Source: Cycas panzhihuaensis
Lineage: Eukaryota > Plantae > Cycadophyta
Direction of reading: 5' to 3'
NCBI GenBank assembly: GCA_023213395.1
Contig: CM041465.1
Coordinates: 247,573,741-247,637,740 of the forward strand
DNA length: 64,000 bases
Shown: positions 11,062 through 25,935 of the stretch, piece by piece
How the letters are laid out: each line of letters opens with the position of its first letter
Position numbering within the stretch: the stretch's first letter is position 1
Notes under the pieces: model-generated
The model's database searches: none
What the model was told of the DNA's origin: nothing
Seen by the model: the letters and a program-made list of their open reading frames with translations, nothing else
Translations under genes and position numbers: made by a program

Positions 11062-13200
11062 CAGTGGTTGATAGCTCACTCAACTAGCATTTAGAAATGG
11101 TCGTTCAGTTAGGTGTTGGGTTAACAATTTGGGTTATAGTTTTAGGTCTAGTATGTGTCTTATGTACATCTGAGTGTATGGTTAAATTAATGTGTCTACA
11201 TGAGTGAATATTATTCCAAACATGAAATATGGGGTACCACTTGCTCTTGGCTATTGCTTAAAAAAAGGAAAAAAGAAAAAAAGAAAAAAATGAGACATAA
11301 TGCAATGGTGCTTATTATTCTTTAAGAAAATTGAAAAATGTTGAGAGGAATGAGGACTTACTTGGTCAGTGTGACTTTGTTATACACCTAGGGCTCATGT
11401 TGCCCCCAGCTTTAGACTCTTGTTCCAATTCGTTGTGTTACTAATGCAACTATTTACATGCCTTTTAAGACTGCTCGCCACACTTTATGTAAAGTAGGGA
11501 AAATGAAAGCGAATTGAACCATGGACAATAAATAAAGCCAAATCTGCACTTGCAAAACTAAGCATAAGTGCAGTTTATGGAAAGGAAGTTACATGTTCAA
11601 AATGAGCAAATTACGAAATTCCAATAGTAAATGTGACTAGATTTAATTAAAAGAAATTGTTATGTGAGTGCTAAAATGATACTTTGTTTCAACTCAAATT
11701 AGTGGCATAATTCATATTAGACATTATCAAATGCTATCAAGTTCACTCATCATTACAAGCGTTCCAAATGGAATGGAATGCAAAGATTGAGTTAGGGCTA
11801 TTCTTTCTATGGAAATATGAATTTTAGAACATTAACATTAGGGTGTTAATTGTTGCGTTACAATACACTCGAAAGACTAACATTCAAAATATTTGAATAT
11901 TCCTAATTCATGGACTTTTAAATTATTTGCACTGTATTGTTAAAATACTGTCGATCAAATCTTATCATTAACACATCGTTACCAATAGTATTGTCAATGC
12001 AAATGACATATAATCATAATTATGATTATAATTATGTGGCTTAAATGCTCCAATATGCCACTCATAGATAAGGATCAACTCTCTATTTTTTTGTTTTTTT
12101 TGAACAAGTTACCTCTAAATCTTTCAAATCCTATAAAGATGGATTTGATAAAAAATTAATAGTAACCTTATAGGAAATTTGTTTTCATTCTTTTTAATAA
12201 TCATGCTTATATTTATTTAATTTTACTGCTTGTTTTCACCTCTCATTTTTGGTTGCATTGTGTGAGCTACATGAAGCATGAAGGTTGATAGATGGTGGTA
12301 GGCAATGACTTAGGAGATGTAAATGGTAACAAATTTATTTGATTATTATTTCAATGATTGTTTCAGGAGTGAATCAAAGCCCATGAAGAAGTTGATGAGA
12401 ACATTTTTCATAAATTAATTGTCGACTGAAGTAAATTACCCATTTAATAAGATGTTGGGACATCTTTGAATTTAGTATGCAATCAGTTAGGTACTGCGCT
12501 GTTTAGGTAAAGTTATAGGTTTGGGAGTATATAAGGAGCAACTCATAGAGGCTATTGAGGGCCAACCTATAGAGGCAATTGGGTGTGTTCATGGGATGAG
12601 ACATTAATGAACCAATAGTGTGACAACATCGACAGAGAAAAGTGACAATGAGAGAGGCTAACAATGTTAAATTTGATTAGAGATGACCACATTAATAGAA
12701 GCAATGCATACACATCGCTTGCATTTATTCTATGACATAGACTGTCCACAAAATGTGTCTTCTATATTGGGCACACATTAATTGCTTAGTGTTATAGGGG
12801 TATAGGTGATTGTCTTCCAAGATTCATTATGGTGGCCTTAAGTTTTATATTGAGTTATTCTATTGCATTTTTTTCCTTTTTTTTCTGCATACACATATAG
12901 AGAAGAGCTTTTGCATGAGGAATTAGATTTATGCTGAAGAGCTAGGCTCTAAATAATTCAAAGTGTTTGATATTCTTGTTGCATGTTTTGTAAAGTTTAC
13001 CTTCCGTGGGTTTTTGTTCGAGAGGTGGACATGAGTCTGATATAATGATGAAGAATCATGAATATCAATCATTGTAGTGTGGGATATAGACATAGAAAAA
13101 AAAAAAAAAAAAACATAAACTCAATTCAAAATTATCGCATGCAGAAGTTCTATGGATTAGCAACATATAAAAAGAGAAATGATCCAAATATTGACTTAAA

Positions 13201-16200
13201 TGTAACTTGCTCCAACTATATGTGTAATAAAAGTCTTTCTTCAATCCACAAAGCCTTCCTCTCATCTGTAAAGCATAGCTTCGAAATTTTGGACCAAAGA
13301 TAGGGTCATTTTTACTTTTCGTTAATAAGCCTTGGTCCATTAGTCCTTTGAAACTAACTATCACTCCCACCCCCCAAAAGCAAAGTGGGATCTTGTGCCA
13401 AGTGAGGGGAAGAGACAATGAACAAAACCCGGGAGAAAATGTGAACAAATGAGGAGGTAGAATTGCTCTACACTCCAATAACATTCTCCAAGCATAATAA
13501 TGCATACACTTTTCATAATTTACAAGGAGGGAAATGATCCTTGTAAATAGTGTGAGCGAGTCCTTAGCATTGTGAGACATGCCACACATCCACAATGATG
13601 AAAGTGTCCACTTCGATCAAGGTGAGTGAATCCTTGGGATTGTGACACATGTCACACATCCTCAAAGGAAGAAGTGTTTACTTGGATCAAGGTGAACAAT
13701 TAAACATAATTTTATATAAAGTGCACAATATACATTAAGTATAAAGTGACTAATAATAATACATCACTTTATGATGAAACATAAAGGTTCTAACATCCCC
13801 CTTTAATGTTCACGTCATTAAGTTAAACTCCTAGGCCACTTTTGAAAGTTTCAAATTTCTCTCTACCAATTGGTTTGGTAAAAATGTCTATAATTTGTTG
13901 ATCAATTAGCCTGTAGACGAGGTAGATCTCACCATCTTGTGCATCCTCTCTAATAAAATAGTGATGTACCTCTATGTGCTTGGTTCTTGCTTGAGAGACC
14001 GGATTCTTGGTCATTTTGAGCATACTCTAATTATCACAATGAAGCTTAGTTGAGTGAATTTACTCATGTCCAAGCTCTTCAAGAATTTGTCATAGCAAAA
14101 TAGCCTTACAAGTTGCATTGACAACAACTTTATATTCTGCTTCAGTGAAAGAAAGAGTAACATTTGGTTGCCTTTTGCAACTCCATGAAACAACTACTGA
14201 CCCAAGGTTGAAACAATACCCTGAGGTTGATCTCCTGCTATCTTGGCATCCTGCCCAAACAGAATACGAGATTTCTTCTAAAGTGAAGTTCTTGTTTTGT
14301 GAATATTGAAGTCAATGTCGCAATGTTCCTTTTAGATATTTAAGTATTCTTTTTGCAGCATTCCAGCGCATCTAATTGGGTTGATACATGAATATAGAAC
14401 ATATCCCAATTGCGTATGAGATATTTGGTCTAGTATTAGTCAAAAAAATTGGACTACCCACTAGTAGTATGAAAAAGGTGGGATCTACAAATTCAACTTC
14501 CTCATCAAGTGTCAACTGAGTGCCAATCTCCATAGGGGTTGGTGGTGATTTGTAGTCCTCCATTTTGAACCTCTAGTAAATGTCTCAAGTGTACTTTGTG
14601 ATATAAAAATGTTGCTTGGTTGCTGCCAAACCTCCATGCCAAGAAAGTAATAAAGAAGTCCAAGGTCACTCATCTCAAAACTTCTTTTCAAATCCCCTTG
14701 AAGACTCTCAATCATATATGAGTCATTTGGATTGTTGATTAAATCATCTACATATAGCACAATAAGTGTCATGTGTTGGTTTCGAACCTTGATGTATAGG
14801 TTCATATTAGATGAGGATTGATGAAAGCTGTGTCTAAAAAAATAATCATCGATTTTTAAATACCAAACACATGGTGCTTGCTTTAGGCCATACAAGGCCT
14901 TTTTGAGGTGACATACCATTTGCTCCTTTCCATGAGTAATGTATCTTGAAGGCTTTTGCTAATACAACTCTTCAGTCGAGTCATCGTTAAAAAACATGCT
15001 CTTGACATCCATCTGGTAGATTGGCCATTTGCACTAAGCAGTGAAGGCCATAACAATTCTGACAATGCTCATGTTTGCAACAGGTGCGAAGATGTCTTTA
15101 TAGCCAACACCTTTGTTTCGTTTGAATCTCTTTGCAACCAAGTGAGCCTTGTGACGCTTGATTATACCATCAAAATAGAATTTGGTCTTGTAGACCCGTT
15201 TGCAACTAATAAAATGTTTGCCACTTGGCAAATCAACCAAGTCCCAAGTTTCATTCTTTTGAATAGAATGAATTTCTGCATCCATAACTATTTTCCACTT
15301 TTCATCAATACATGCCTCCTCAAAAGTGGAAGACTTCTTTGTCCTAAGTACTTCACACATTAGTGTATAGTTTACATTAGTTTGGGAATGCATTTTAGAA
15401 TGTTAATTCCATTTAACCTGTTGGGAATTGACAATTGTTTGAAGATACCCTTTTGGTAACTTCTTATGTGTAACTCTAACCTCAATGTCTTGAGTAAGAT
15501 GACACTTTGTGTACTAACAAGACTGGAGGAGTTTGATGGTCATGTCGTAGCTAGTGGTGGTGATGAAGATGATGATGGAGCAAATGAGGGATGTAATGAA
15601 TATGATGTGAAGGAACTAAGAGGTGGATATTCCTCGATCACAGCTTTCCCTTTGTTTTGTGGAAATTGAATTGGACTTGGATCAACATCATTGTTGTCTT
15701 CTACAAAGACAACATACCTCGTAACATTTATTTTCCTAGCAAGAGGGTTATAAACTTTGCAGGCTTTGTTGCCAAGAACATACCTAATAAAAATGCATTT
15801 AAGGCTTTTATCATCAAATTTCTTCCTTTGCTCCTAGGGTATGTGCATGAAGTTTGTGCATCCAAAAGTGCATAATTGACTAACCATAGGCTTTTGCCTA
15901 ATGTAGTCGTCCTCGGGTGTCATGTTCCAAACTGTTATAGTGGAACTTCTATTGGATAAGTAAGCAAGAGTTTGAATTTCTTTCACCCAATATGCTTGAC
16001 AAAGCCCTTTTGCCTAAATCATAGCCTTAACTTTGTTGATTAGTGTCCTGTTCATGCACTCCAACACACTATGTTGAGGTGTATGTGGGGTAGAAACCTA
16101 TCGCCAAATGCCATGATGAGTACAAAAGTGATTGAACTCGTTGGAGGTGTACTTGCCACCATTGTTAGACCTCAAAATCTTGATTTGCATATTTGACTCT

Positions 16201-18800
16201 TTTTCAAATGCAAGTCTAAATTCTTTAAACTTGGTGAATGCTTCTGATTTATGTTTCAAGCAGCAGACCCACACTTCACGCAAACAATCATCAATGAATG
16301 TGATGAAGTAAAGTGCATGACCAAGGGATTGTGTGAACATGGGTCCACAAATGTCGAAATGTACTAGTTGTAACAAGTTTTGAGCTTTCGATGCCTCGCC
16401 TTTGAGAAATGGTTCACGATGTTGTCTCCCCATCAAACATACTTTACAAAGACACATACCTGTTGAAATCTTGGGCAGGCCATACACCATATTAAGTCAA
16501 AACATTTGCTTAAAACTTTCTAGGTTCAAATGACCTAGTCTTTCATGCCACAACTAATCTTTATTTTTTGACTGTGAGACTAAGGCATGAGTGTTGTTAG
16601 ATGCTACCTCTAATTTATGGAGTCCATGGTCTTCATGACTAACAATAATAATCTGTTCTTTTTTATTCTTTATGTTGCATTTCTTGTTTTTGTAGAGTAC
16701 ACTTGTGTGCTTCTTATCAGGCCGATTGACTGAAAGTAGGTTTCTAGGCATGCCAATAACTAGAAACACATTACCACTAAGAATTGATTGATTATGGTTT
16801 TGATTATTTACAATAGGAGTAGCTTTTCCAACTCTTGTAGTTTCAACAACATTTCTCCAAAAGTTACTATCACTTGTGCTATGTTTAACATCAATAAGTA
16901 AGTCAACATCACTTGTCATGTGATGGGATGTGCCTAAATCCACAATCTAGGTATTGTATTTGGGACAATCACCAAAAACACAGAAAAGTTTCTCATTGTT
17001 GCCATGTTGTATTATATGGCCTTGATTGCCACCACGAAGTCCACCATGTTACTTACCATGTGGTCCTTGTTGACCTCCTTGAAAGATGCCTCAATATGGT
17101 CCTTGTGATGCTTGTGGATTCTACTACCACATAACATTTTGCTTCTTCTTGCATCCCGATTGAATGTGACCCATTTTGTCGTAGGAGTGACAGATGATAG
17201 ATTTGGTTTTATTAGCATTAAGGTTTAGATTACCAAATTTCTTTTGAATTTTTTGTTTCGGTACAAAGGGTTGTTTTCCCTTCTACTTTGTTGATAAGGC
17301 ACTTGAAGATTTTGCAAGACTATGTCGATTTTGGATTTGCTACTCCTGTAGCAGAAGGTCCTCCATTTCATTGAAGGATGTAGCCTTTAATTTCTAGTTC
17401 AAATAGAGATTGGAGAAAAATTTGTCATAGTCTTTAGATAGACTATTTACAGTGGTAATAACTAGATTAACATCAAAACCATGTACACCTATTGTTGCCA
17501 ATTGATTTTTAATTGTCTTCACTTCATTTAGATGTGAAACTATTGTGCTTGCAAATTCAAGACAAAACAACTTTGCCTTGAGTATTAAAGCTCTTTCTTT
17601 ATCATTTCTCTCATACAATGTGGACAAATTAGTCCATGCTTCTTTTGTGGTTGAAGCAGTTTGAATATTTTGATCAATATTATTACTTAGTGATCAATGT
17701 AAGAAAGCAAGTGCAATTGGATCCTTAGCTTGAAATATTTGTAATGCAATTGGATAAGTAGGTGGATCTTGACTAGTGTATTGCCATTGTTTAGGAATGA
17801 CCATGAGAGTTTTAAGTTGCTTTTTTCATGCAACAAAATTTTCACTTCTCAGAAGCTTTTTTGTGTTAATATTTACAGTTAATGATGTTTTACTCAAATA
17901 ATTAGTTGGCAAAAGGTTGATCTACAAAGACGTACCTTACTTTCCTTAGAGTTCTCAGCTCTAATTACTTTCATTAGAGTTCGCAGCTATAATAACACCT
18001 TTTAGAGGGCTAAATAACTATGAGTTTTTATGTCTTAATTGTTGTGCACTAGCTGCACGACCAATTTGTCCATGAGGGAATGCACCAAGCTTAGGATAAG
18101 TAGATTTTAAGCAAATTTTTAAGTAAGATGGAAGCCTTTTTAATGTTGTTTGAGGCTTATTAATGTTGTTAGGCTTTTAAAGGCTTTTAGTCTATTTAAT
18201 ACTTGACCAACTATAGTTTTTTCTTGTAAATAAGGCAAAGAATTACAATGATGGTTGCTTGATGAGCAATGAGATTATAATGTTGCGCGATGATTGAGAT
18301 TACAATGAGTGCTTGCTTATATGCCCTTCCTTCCTTTGTGCAATGTAAAATGGAAAGGACTTTAAATGAAGTAATTTAATGAGACAATCTCCAAGGACAC
18401 ATGGGATCACTAAAGAGGGCCTCTCCACACACTATAGAAAATTTATTTTATTAGGGTGTTATCGTCTCTCCTTGGTGCTTAAAATTCACTATTTTAGCAC
18501 TTGAGGAAAGAAGAACGCTAGGTGACTACATGAAATTACAAATCTTAGGACAAATTTGAGAGGAGCACCAAAAATTGCTTTAGAATTGTGCTCCCTGATT
18601 TCTCAAAATGTTTTATTTGGGGCCTTAGAAACAACTTAGGGTGCGGTGCCATGTAGGTTGTTGAGCTTTTATTTTTGAGGAAAACACAATCCCATGTGTC
18701 GCCCAAGAGCCCGTTCATAGGATAAATTGGACTGTTGTCCTTAATTAACAGAGCAGAAATGCTTAATCGATGAGACATATCACTCGAAGCTTTTAGTGAT
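13201..18800 (-). mobile_element. Degenerate Ty1/Copia element (gag, protease, integrase, RT, RNase H, PPT, 3' LTR); outer boundaries approximate
   Basis: Gag 17394-17627; protease-like DLGTSHHM 16554-16943; integrase HFDICGP 16098-16490; RT LYVDD 14512-14919; RNase H RTKHIEV 13823-14023; PPT then LTR starting TGTTAGAACC at 13795. Confidence 0.88.
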
Positions 18801-19813
18801 AGGCAAAATGGGGGAATTGGGATAAGCGCCTACTGTTTAGGCAAAACCCAACCCATATGGCAATATCTCATTTGTTGTTATTCTATGCTTCATTCTCTTG
18901 CCAAAATCACTTTTGGCAAGTGATCGTTGTAGTTGGTTTCCATGTAAGATGTAGCAATAGAGGGAAATGGGGAAATGCATGGGACTTCATTTCCCCCTTT
19001 CGACTCTTGAAAAGTCTCAGCACTACTGTTGAGATTTTTTAAGAAGTCCCTCTCCATGGGATCATCATGTTAAACCTCTTGTTCCATCTGACCACCAACT
19101 GAGAGAAAGAGGAGCTTAAAGATTTCAAATGATGGATCTCAAATAAACCTAGAGTATGATTAAATCTTTATAATGTAAGTTGATAAAGTTAAGTGAATTT
19201 TTTTTTTCTTTTTTTTAGAAAAATGTTAGCACGTATGCGATTTTTGGCGTCAATTCGATTTTTGTCATTTGGTTTTGTGATGGTGATCTACAATGCCTGC
19301 TTTGGCTTCAAATTGTCGTACACTCACTAGCCACAAGACGGACTATGGGACAATGCTCATGGAGGACGATAATGTAGGTCACCACGAGAGACACAAACAA
19401 TAGCATGGAGGTCACCACCAAAGGTCACGATAGGAAATGCTGACAATAGCATGGAAGGTCATGAAACAATGTGTAGGTTGGGAGATAGAGATGCCATAGT
19501 CTAGGACGCAGTCCACGAGGGACAAGAATCACAGGACACCATAGTCCAATACACAATCACCCAACCACGTAACAATGTGTAGCACTAGCACATAGATGCG
19601 CAACCATTGGATAGTGGAGATGTAGTGTGGACACAATTGCCCTTTCAACTACTTTGCATAGAGTGAAATCAAGGAAATACCCTACACACAAACAAGTTTG
19701 CAACGAATAAAGAAAATTTCTCTTCTTCAATAGAGCCACAACATCATAGTAGATTTTTCTCTTTTATTTTTTTTAAAAAGCAACATAAATGAGGAATAAA
19801 ATATGTGATATCC

Positions 19814-22800
19814 TGTGAAAATGGCCAAATGGCCTTACAATCCTAAGATCTAGAAGCTATGTTCACTCTAGTTCTAGAAAGCAAATAAACTAGGCTAAGA
19901 ATGAAGCTATGAGATCAAACATGAGCAAGATCAAGCATGAAGAGAAAGAGCAAAATGATACCAAAGATGAGGAGTTGGAATTGGTCCAACCTCCAAATGA
20001 ATAGTAGTTTGATTAGCAAACTAGTAACATAACAATGAAGCTCCAACTCTATATGAGAACAATGAGGAGAGGTCTCAATATATAGAGTGAAAGGAGAGAC
20101 CTAAGGTATTGGATGTTTGACAAGTGTCAAACATCCAATGTACATGCCTTGGATATAGGACAAGTGTCCTTTAGGGCTCTCAAGTGAGCAAAAGTGTATG
20201 GGGGTCCATTTGACCCTTTAGTGACAATGTTGTGTCACTAGGAAAGAATGTGAGTGTGTACTTTATCACTTAAGTGATAAGTCACTAAAGTACAAAAGAA
20301 TAAAAGTACAAAGGTACGAATAGTACATGAATAATAAAGTACCTAGGCTTAACATGTAAACATAAGGTTTAACACCCCCCTTACTCTTTACAATGTTAAG
20401 TCAGACCCTTAGACCATCTCTAAATTTTACAAATTTTTCTCTACCAAGAGGCTTGGTAAAGATATCTGCTGTCTGCTCCTCTGTAGGTCTATACTGAAGG
20501 TTGATCTCACCACTTTGCACATGCTCTCTGATGAAGTGATGATGAACCTCAATATGTTTGGTCCTTGCATGAAATACATGATTCTTGGCTAACTTAAGCA
20601 CATTTTGATTGTCGCAATAAATCCTGGTGGGGTGATCCTGCTCAAGTCCAAGCTCTCTAAGAATTCGTCATAACCAGATAGCTTCACAAGCTACGCTGAC
20701 TGCAACTTTGTATTCTGCTTCGGTGGAGGACAAGGTAACATTGGGTTGCTTTTTGCTACTCCACGAAACAACTGCTGAACCAAGGGTAAAGCAGTAACCT
20801 GAGGTTGATCTCTTGTTATCCTGGCAACCTGCCTAATCAGAATCTGAGAACCTTTCCAGAGTGAAGTTCTTATTATGTGCATACTCAAGGCCATGCTGCA
20901 ATGTGCCTTTGATGTATTTGAGTATGCGTTTAGCTGCATTCCAATGCTTTTGATTGGGTTGAGACATGTATCTAGAGCAAATCCCAACTGCAGATGAGAT
21001 ATTAGGGTGAGTGTTGGTGAGATAAATGAGACTCCCAATCAACTGTCGATAAAGAGTGGGATCTGCAGGTTCAACTTCCTCATTGAGAGTAAGCTTTGTG
21101 TCGTTCTCCATGGGTGTAGGCGCTGACTTGCAGTCGTGCATCCTAAACCATTGCAAATTGTCCCAAGAATATTTTGCTTGGGAGATGAAGATATAGCCTG
21201 GTTGTTGCCATACCTTAAGGCCTAAGAAATAATGGAGAAGTCCAAGATCTGTCATCTTGAAACTCCTCTTCAAGTCATCTTGGAGAATCTGTATCATCTT
21301 AATGTCATTGCCAGTGATCACTAAGTCATCTACATACAAGACAATAAAAATGGTATGGTCTTTCCTAATTGTGATGTACAAGTTAGGATCGAAAGTAGAT
21401 CGATGAAACCGATGTCTCAAAAAGTAATCATCAATCTTTGAATACCGTGCTCTGGGAGCTTGTTTAAGGCCATATAATGCCTTTTTTAGGCAACAAACTA
21501 AATGCTCCTTGCCTTGTACCTTGTAACTGGGAGGTTGCTCCAAGTATACCTCCTCTTGAAGATCGCCATTGAGAAAGATGCTCTTCACATCCATCTGAAA
21601 AACTGGCCATTTGCATTGAGCTGCTAAGGCCAAGATGAGTCTGATGGTGTTCATGTTAGCCACTGGTGGAAAAGTCATCTCATAATCTATGCCTTCTTTT
21701 TGTTTGAACCTTTTTGCAACAAGGCGGGCCTTCTGGCGCTTAAGTGTACCATCAAAATGGAAATTGTTCTTGTAGACCCATTTGCAGCTGATTGCCTGCT
21801 TATGTTTAGGCAATTCGACCAAATCCCAAGTTCTAGTCTTTTCAATAGAATGGATTTCTTCATCCATGGCAACCTTCCAATGTTCATCTTTAAAAGCCTC
21901 CTCAAAGGTGGAAGGCTCATCAACACATAGCACTTGAGCCATAAGTGCGAAATTGGTTTGCTGCCTGTATCTTGATGGAAGTTTTCCTTCAATAACCTGG
22001 CTGTCCTGCACTGTTTGAGTATACCATTTGGGTAACTTTTTGATTGATGTGACTTGAACCTCAAGATCTTTTGGTCTAAGTCGTTGATCAATAGAAGATG
22101 TGCTAGGATCAAGTGGAGCTGATGATGTGGACGGTCTAGCAGGTGCAAATGATGTACATGGAGTTGAAGATTGAGAGGGAAGGAAGGCCTCAACAATCTG
22201 TTTGCCTTTGTCGATGGGGGGTTGGGTGGATGCTATATCCAACTCCTGATCATCTTCTTCAGCAAAGATTACATCTCTTGAGACATGCATTTTCTTTCCA
22301 ATGGGATCGTATAACTTGTAGGCTTTGCTATGAATGGCATAACCTACAAAGATGCACTTTAGACTATGCTTGTCTAATTTAGTTCTTTGCTGATCTGGGA
22401 TGTGCATATAAGCAGTGCACCCAAAAGTCCTCAAATGGCTGACAGTTGGCTTTTTGCCAGACCATGTCTCCTCGGGTGTGATGTCGGTGACTGTTGTAGT
22501 TGGACTGCGTTTGGCCACATAGGTAGCTGTGTGGAATGCCTCTACCCAGTAAGCTCGAGTGAGTCCTTGTGCATGCATCATTGCTTTGGCTTTATTAGCC
22601 AAAGTTCTGTTCATTCTTTCGGAGACTCCATTTTGTTGAGGAGTGTGAGGAATAGTCAGCTGTCTCCGAATGTCATTATCCTTGCAGAATTGGGTGAATT
22701 CATTTGAAGTAAATTCACCTCCATTGTCTGTCCGTAATGTTTTGATAGAGTGGCCAGACTCGTTTTCTACTTTAAGCTTGAATTCTTTGAATTTGGAAAA

Positions 22801-25800
22801 TGCTTCAAACTTGTGCTTGATGAAGTAGACCCAGACTTTATGAGAAAAGTCATCAATGAAGGAGATGTAGTACAAAGCTCCTCCAAAAGATGCGGTGGAC
22901 ATAGGTCCACACAAATCTGAGTGTATTAACTACAAAGGATATGATGCATGCCAAGCTTTGCCTTTAGGGAATGGCAAGCGATGTTGTGTCCCCATTATGC
23001 ATGCTTCACAAAGACATTTCGTGCCACATATCTTGGGAAGCCCATGTACCACGTTTTTGTTCACCATCTGCTTGATATTGTTTAAGCTTAAGTGGCCTAG
23101 ATGTTGATGCCAAAGTTGCATCATGGACAAAGATTTAGTGACAATGGAACCAGAGTAAGCAGAATCAAGTATAATATTATTAGCATCCAATTTGTAGAGG
23201 CCATGATCCTCATATCCAACAGCTACTACCTGGTCATTTTTGTCACTTATTACACATTTCCCATTTTTAAATAAAATGCTCATATGTTGCTTGTCTAGTT
23301 GGCTAATAGATAGCAAGCTCTTCTCCATGGAAGGTATGAGACATGCATTGCCATTGGGAAATGTAGAGGAAGTATTGGAAGGCAAATGGAATGGAGCGAT
23401 TGTATTGATGCCAGAAATCATGACAGATTCATTATTGCCGAAGGTCACTGATTAACCTTGTCCTTCCTTGATGTCGCTAAGGAGTTTTTCACTCACAGTG
23501 ATGTGTTGAGTGGCTCCAGAATCAATGATCCAGGTTTGATCCATTTTGGATGAATGATAAGCACAAAATAATTTATCCTCATCTGCAAATTGGTTGAAGT
23601 GGCATTGATTGCCACCTCTAAACCCCCCCTTCCTCTTTGAACTCCTTGATAGGCACCTCGATTTGGTCGAGGGGTTTGCTACTGCTGTTGGTGAAGTCGT
23701 TGCTGCTGATTTTGTTGACGTGGCTGTTGCTGCTACTGTCGTGCGTGCTGAAGATCTGCTTGTTTCTTCCGGCAATCAGGTGCTATGTGGCCAACTTTGC
23801 CACAATAATGACAAACAACATTGGTCTTTGAGGAACCAATGTTCATGTTCCCAAACTGCTTTGAACGTGTAGGTTTGGGATTCTGCTTGGTCTTTGATTT
23901 TGCTGTGAATGCACCTAATGTGGATGGTTACTCATCATCGTCTTTGATGTAGATTTGCTCATCTTGAAGCAACAAGCTCTCAAATTTATTGAAGGACATT
24001 TGTTTGAGTGAACCATCTCGAGTAGTGGAAGAAGTAAAGCCATTTTAGTCCTTAGGCAGAGCTCTAACAATTGTTGTTATAAGCTCATCTCTAGAAGCAG
24101 GACTACCTAATGTATTCAATTCATTACATACCTCTTTGATAGAGGAAAGAAAAGCTGACATAGGCTTGACAAATTTTACATAATACAATTTAGCTTTTAC
24201 CATCAATATGCGAGCTTCATCTCACCTTTCATACAAGGAGGACAAAATGTCCCATGCTTCCTTGGAAATCTTTGCACACATAATATTCTGATCTATATGA
24301 ACATCAATAATCATATGTAGAAATGCCAAAGCAATTTCGTCTTTGGCGTCCCAAGCAACAACAAGAGCATCATCAGAATAAACAATTTCATCATCATTTT
24401 CAACAGGCACAGGTCGAGGTATCCTTCCAAAAACATAACCCCAAAACTCATTCATTATCAAGAGATTTTGAGTGATTCTTTTCCATTCTTGATAGTTGCC
24501 TTGTCTTGTTAATTTGATAGTACATGCATTGAGCACATTAATTGCAGCCATGTTGAAGTTGTAAGGCTTGAAGCTAGCAGATAACTTTGAAACTTTAAGC
24601 TTTCGTCACTTAAGTTCCACCTTCTAACAAACCCAACAGTTCTGATCTTACTAGAAGATCCAACAACTGAATGGAATGATGAGGGGTGGAGGACTAGGCT
24701 AAGGAGTTGGTCCAACCCTGATCTATACAAGAGATCCAACAGTTGGCCAAGTTAAATCTAGGACAAGGCAGGTAGGGTTGATCTGCATGGATGTACCATA
24801 CTTTCCTTGGGATTCACAGCCCCAATAACACTCATTTCGAACCTCCTTTCCCTTAAGCAACCTTAATTGTCGTGCATTGACCGTACGGTCGATTGGTCCC
24901 CTAGGGAATGCACCAAGCTTAAGGTTATTTTAGAGGCATGGTTTGAACCTTTTTCAGGCCTCTCCTTCTTGATTTTAAAGTTCACTTTTAGAAGATTTAA
25001 GTGGACTTTAGAGTAAGTTTTACTTGTATGTTTGTAGATGCTTGCTTTTATAATGATAAAAGATCTTCAAGATGAAGCAATTAAGTACATCACAATGATC
25101 ACTTGAGTGATTTACAAGAGCACTTTAATGTGAGAAAGAGTGCTATGCAATCCAAGTAAAGTAAAGTGCTTAAGTACAATGACAAATATTGGCACTTTAA
25201 TGAAGATGCTAAGTGTTTCGAAGCATAAAGTCTTTGTATAACACATGCAAGTGGGTTCCTTTTAATGCTTGAAGAGTAGAGGAAAAAGTCACTTGCAAAT
25301 TGAAGACGCCAAGCACCACCTGTTGGGACTTTGAAATAGTCCCAACAATCAACAAAAGAAGGTGATTTTATTAAAAAAAAAAATGTTTTGAGGCCCCCCT
25401 TTTTGACTAAGGGTAATAGGTCACCATGCAAAGTGCCTTAAAAAAAGTGTTAAGATAGTGATAAAAATCACTTTATTAAAGTGTTAACACTTTAAATCAC
25501 TTTATCAAGGCCTTTTAACACTTACGCAACATGAATCAAGTGTTAAATGAGGCAAGAATGCCAAAGAAGTAAATGCTAAAATTTCATATTTTTTGCAACT
25601 TTAAATGACAAGATCAGAACGCAGGGAGCCTTGAAAGAGGACTTAAGCCATCAATTTTAAATTTCAAAGATAGGAGACTGGCTGAGCTAAATTGATTTAA
25701 TGAAATCACTTGTTACAACAAAGATTTTAATCCTCAAAAAGTGAAAAAACATTGATTTTCCCTTGAGAAATTTTAAGCCAAAAACAAGAAAATGACAAAG

Positions 25801-25935
25801 TGTAGGCTTAAAACTAAGGAAAAATATTAATTTCTGAGTGCAGATCGCTTGGAATGACTGAAATCCATCTCTAAATCATAGTATTTTAGTGATGAAGTCA
25901 CTTTGAAGAAAAAAACACTTAAAAAATAGTGTTTC
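19814..25935 (-). mobile_element. Ty1/Copia element, 5'-truncated, with 3' LTR 19814-20374
   Basis: Gag 24222-24551; protease WIIDSGAT; 693-aa integrase-RT ORF 20833-22914 (LYVDD); RNase H; PPT GGGGGG then TGTTAAACCTTATGTTTACATG; no 5' LTR/PBS before the junction at ~25935. Confidence 0.92.
20833..22914 (-). pseudogene. Copia pol fragment (integrase core + RT), 693 aa, bounded by in-frame stops
   Basis: rve motifs (FIDDFS, RTDNGGEF, PQQNGVSER) and RVT_2 motifs (QMDVK, KALYGLKQAPR, LYVDD). Confidence 0.9.

Noticed and set aside
20401-24551. Active autonomous Copia element
   Set aside because: In-frame stops around the 693-aa ORF and in gag; 5' LTR and PBS missing
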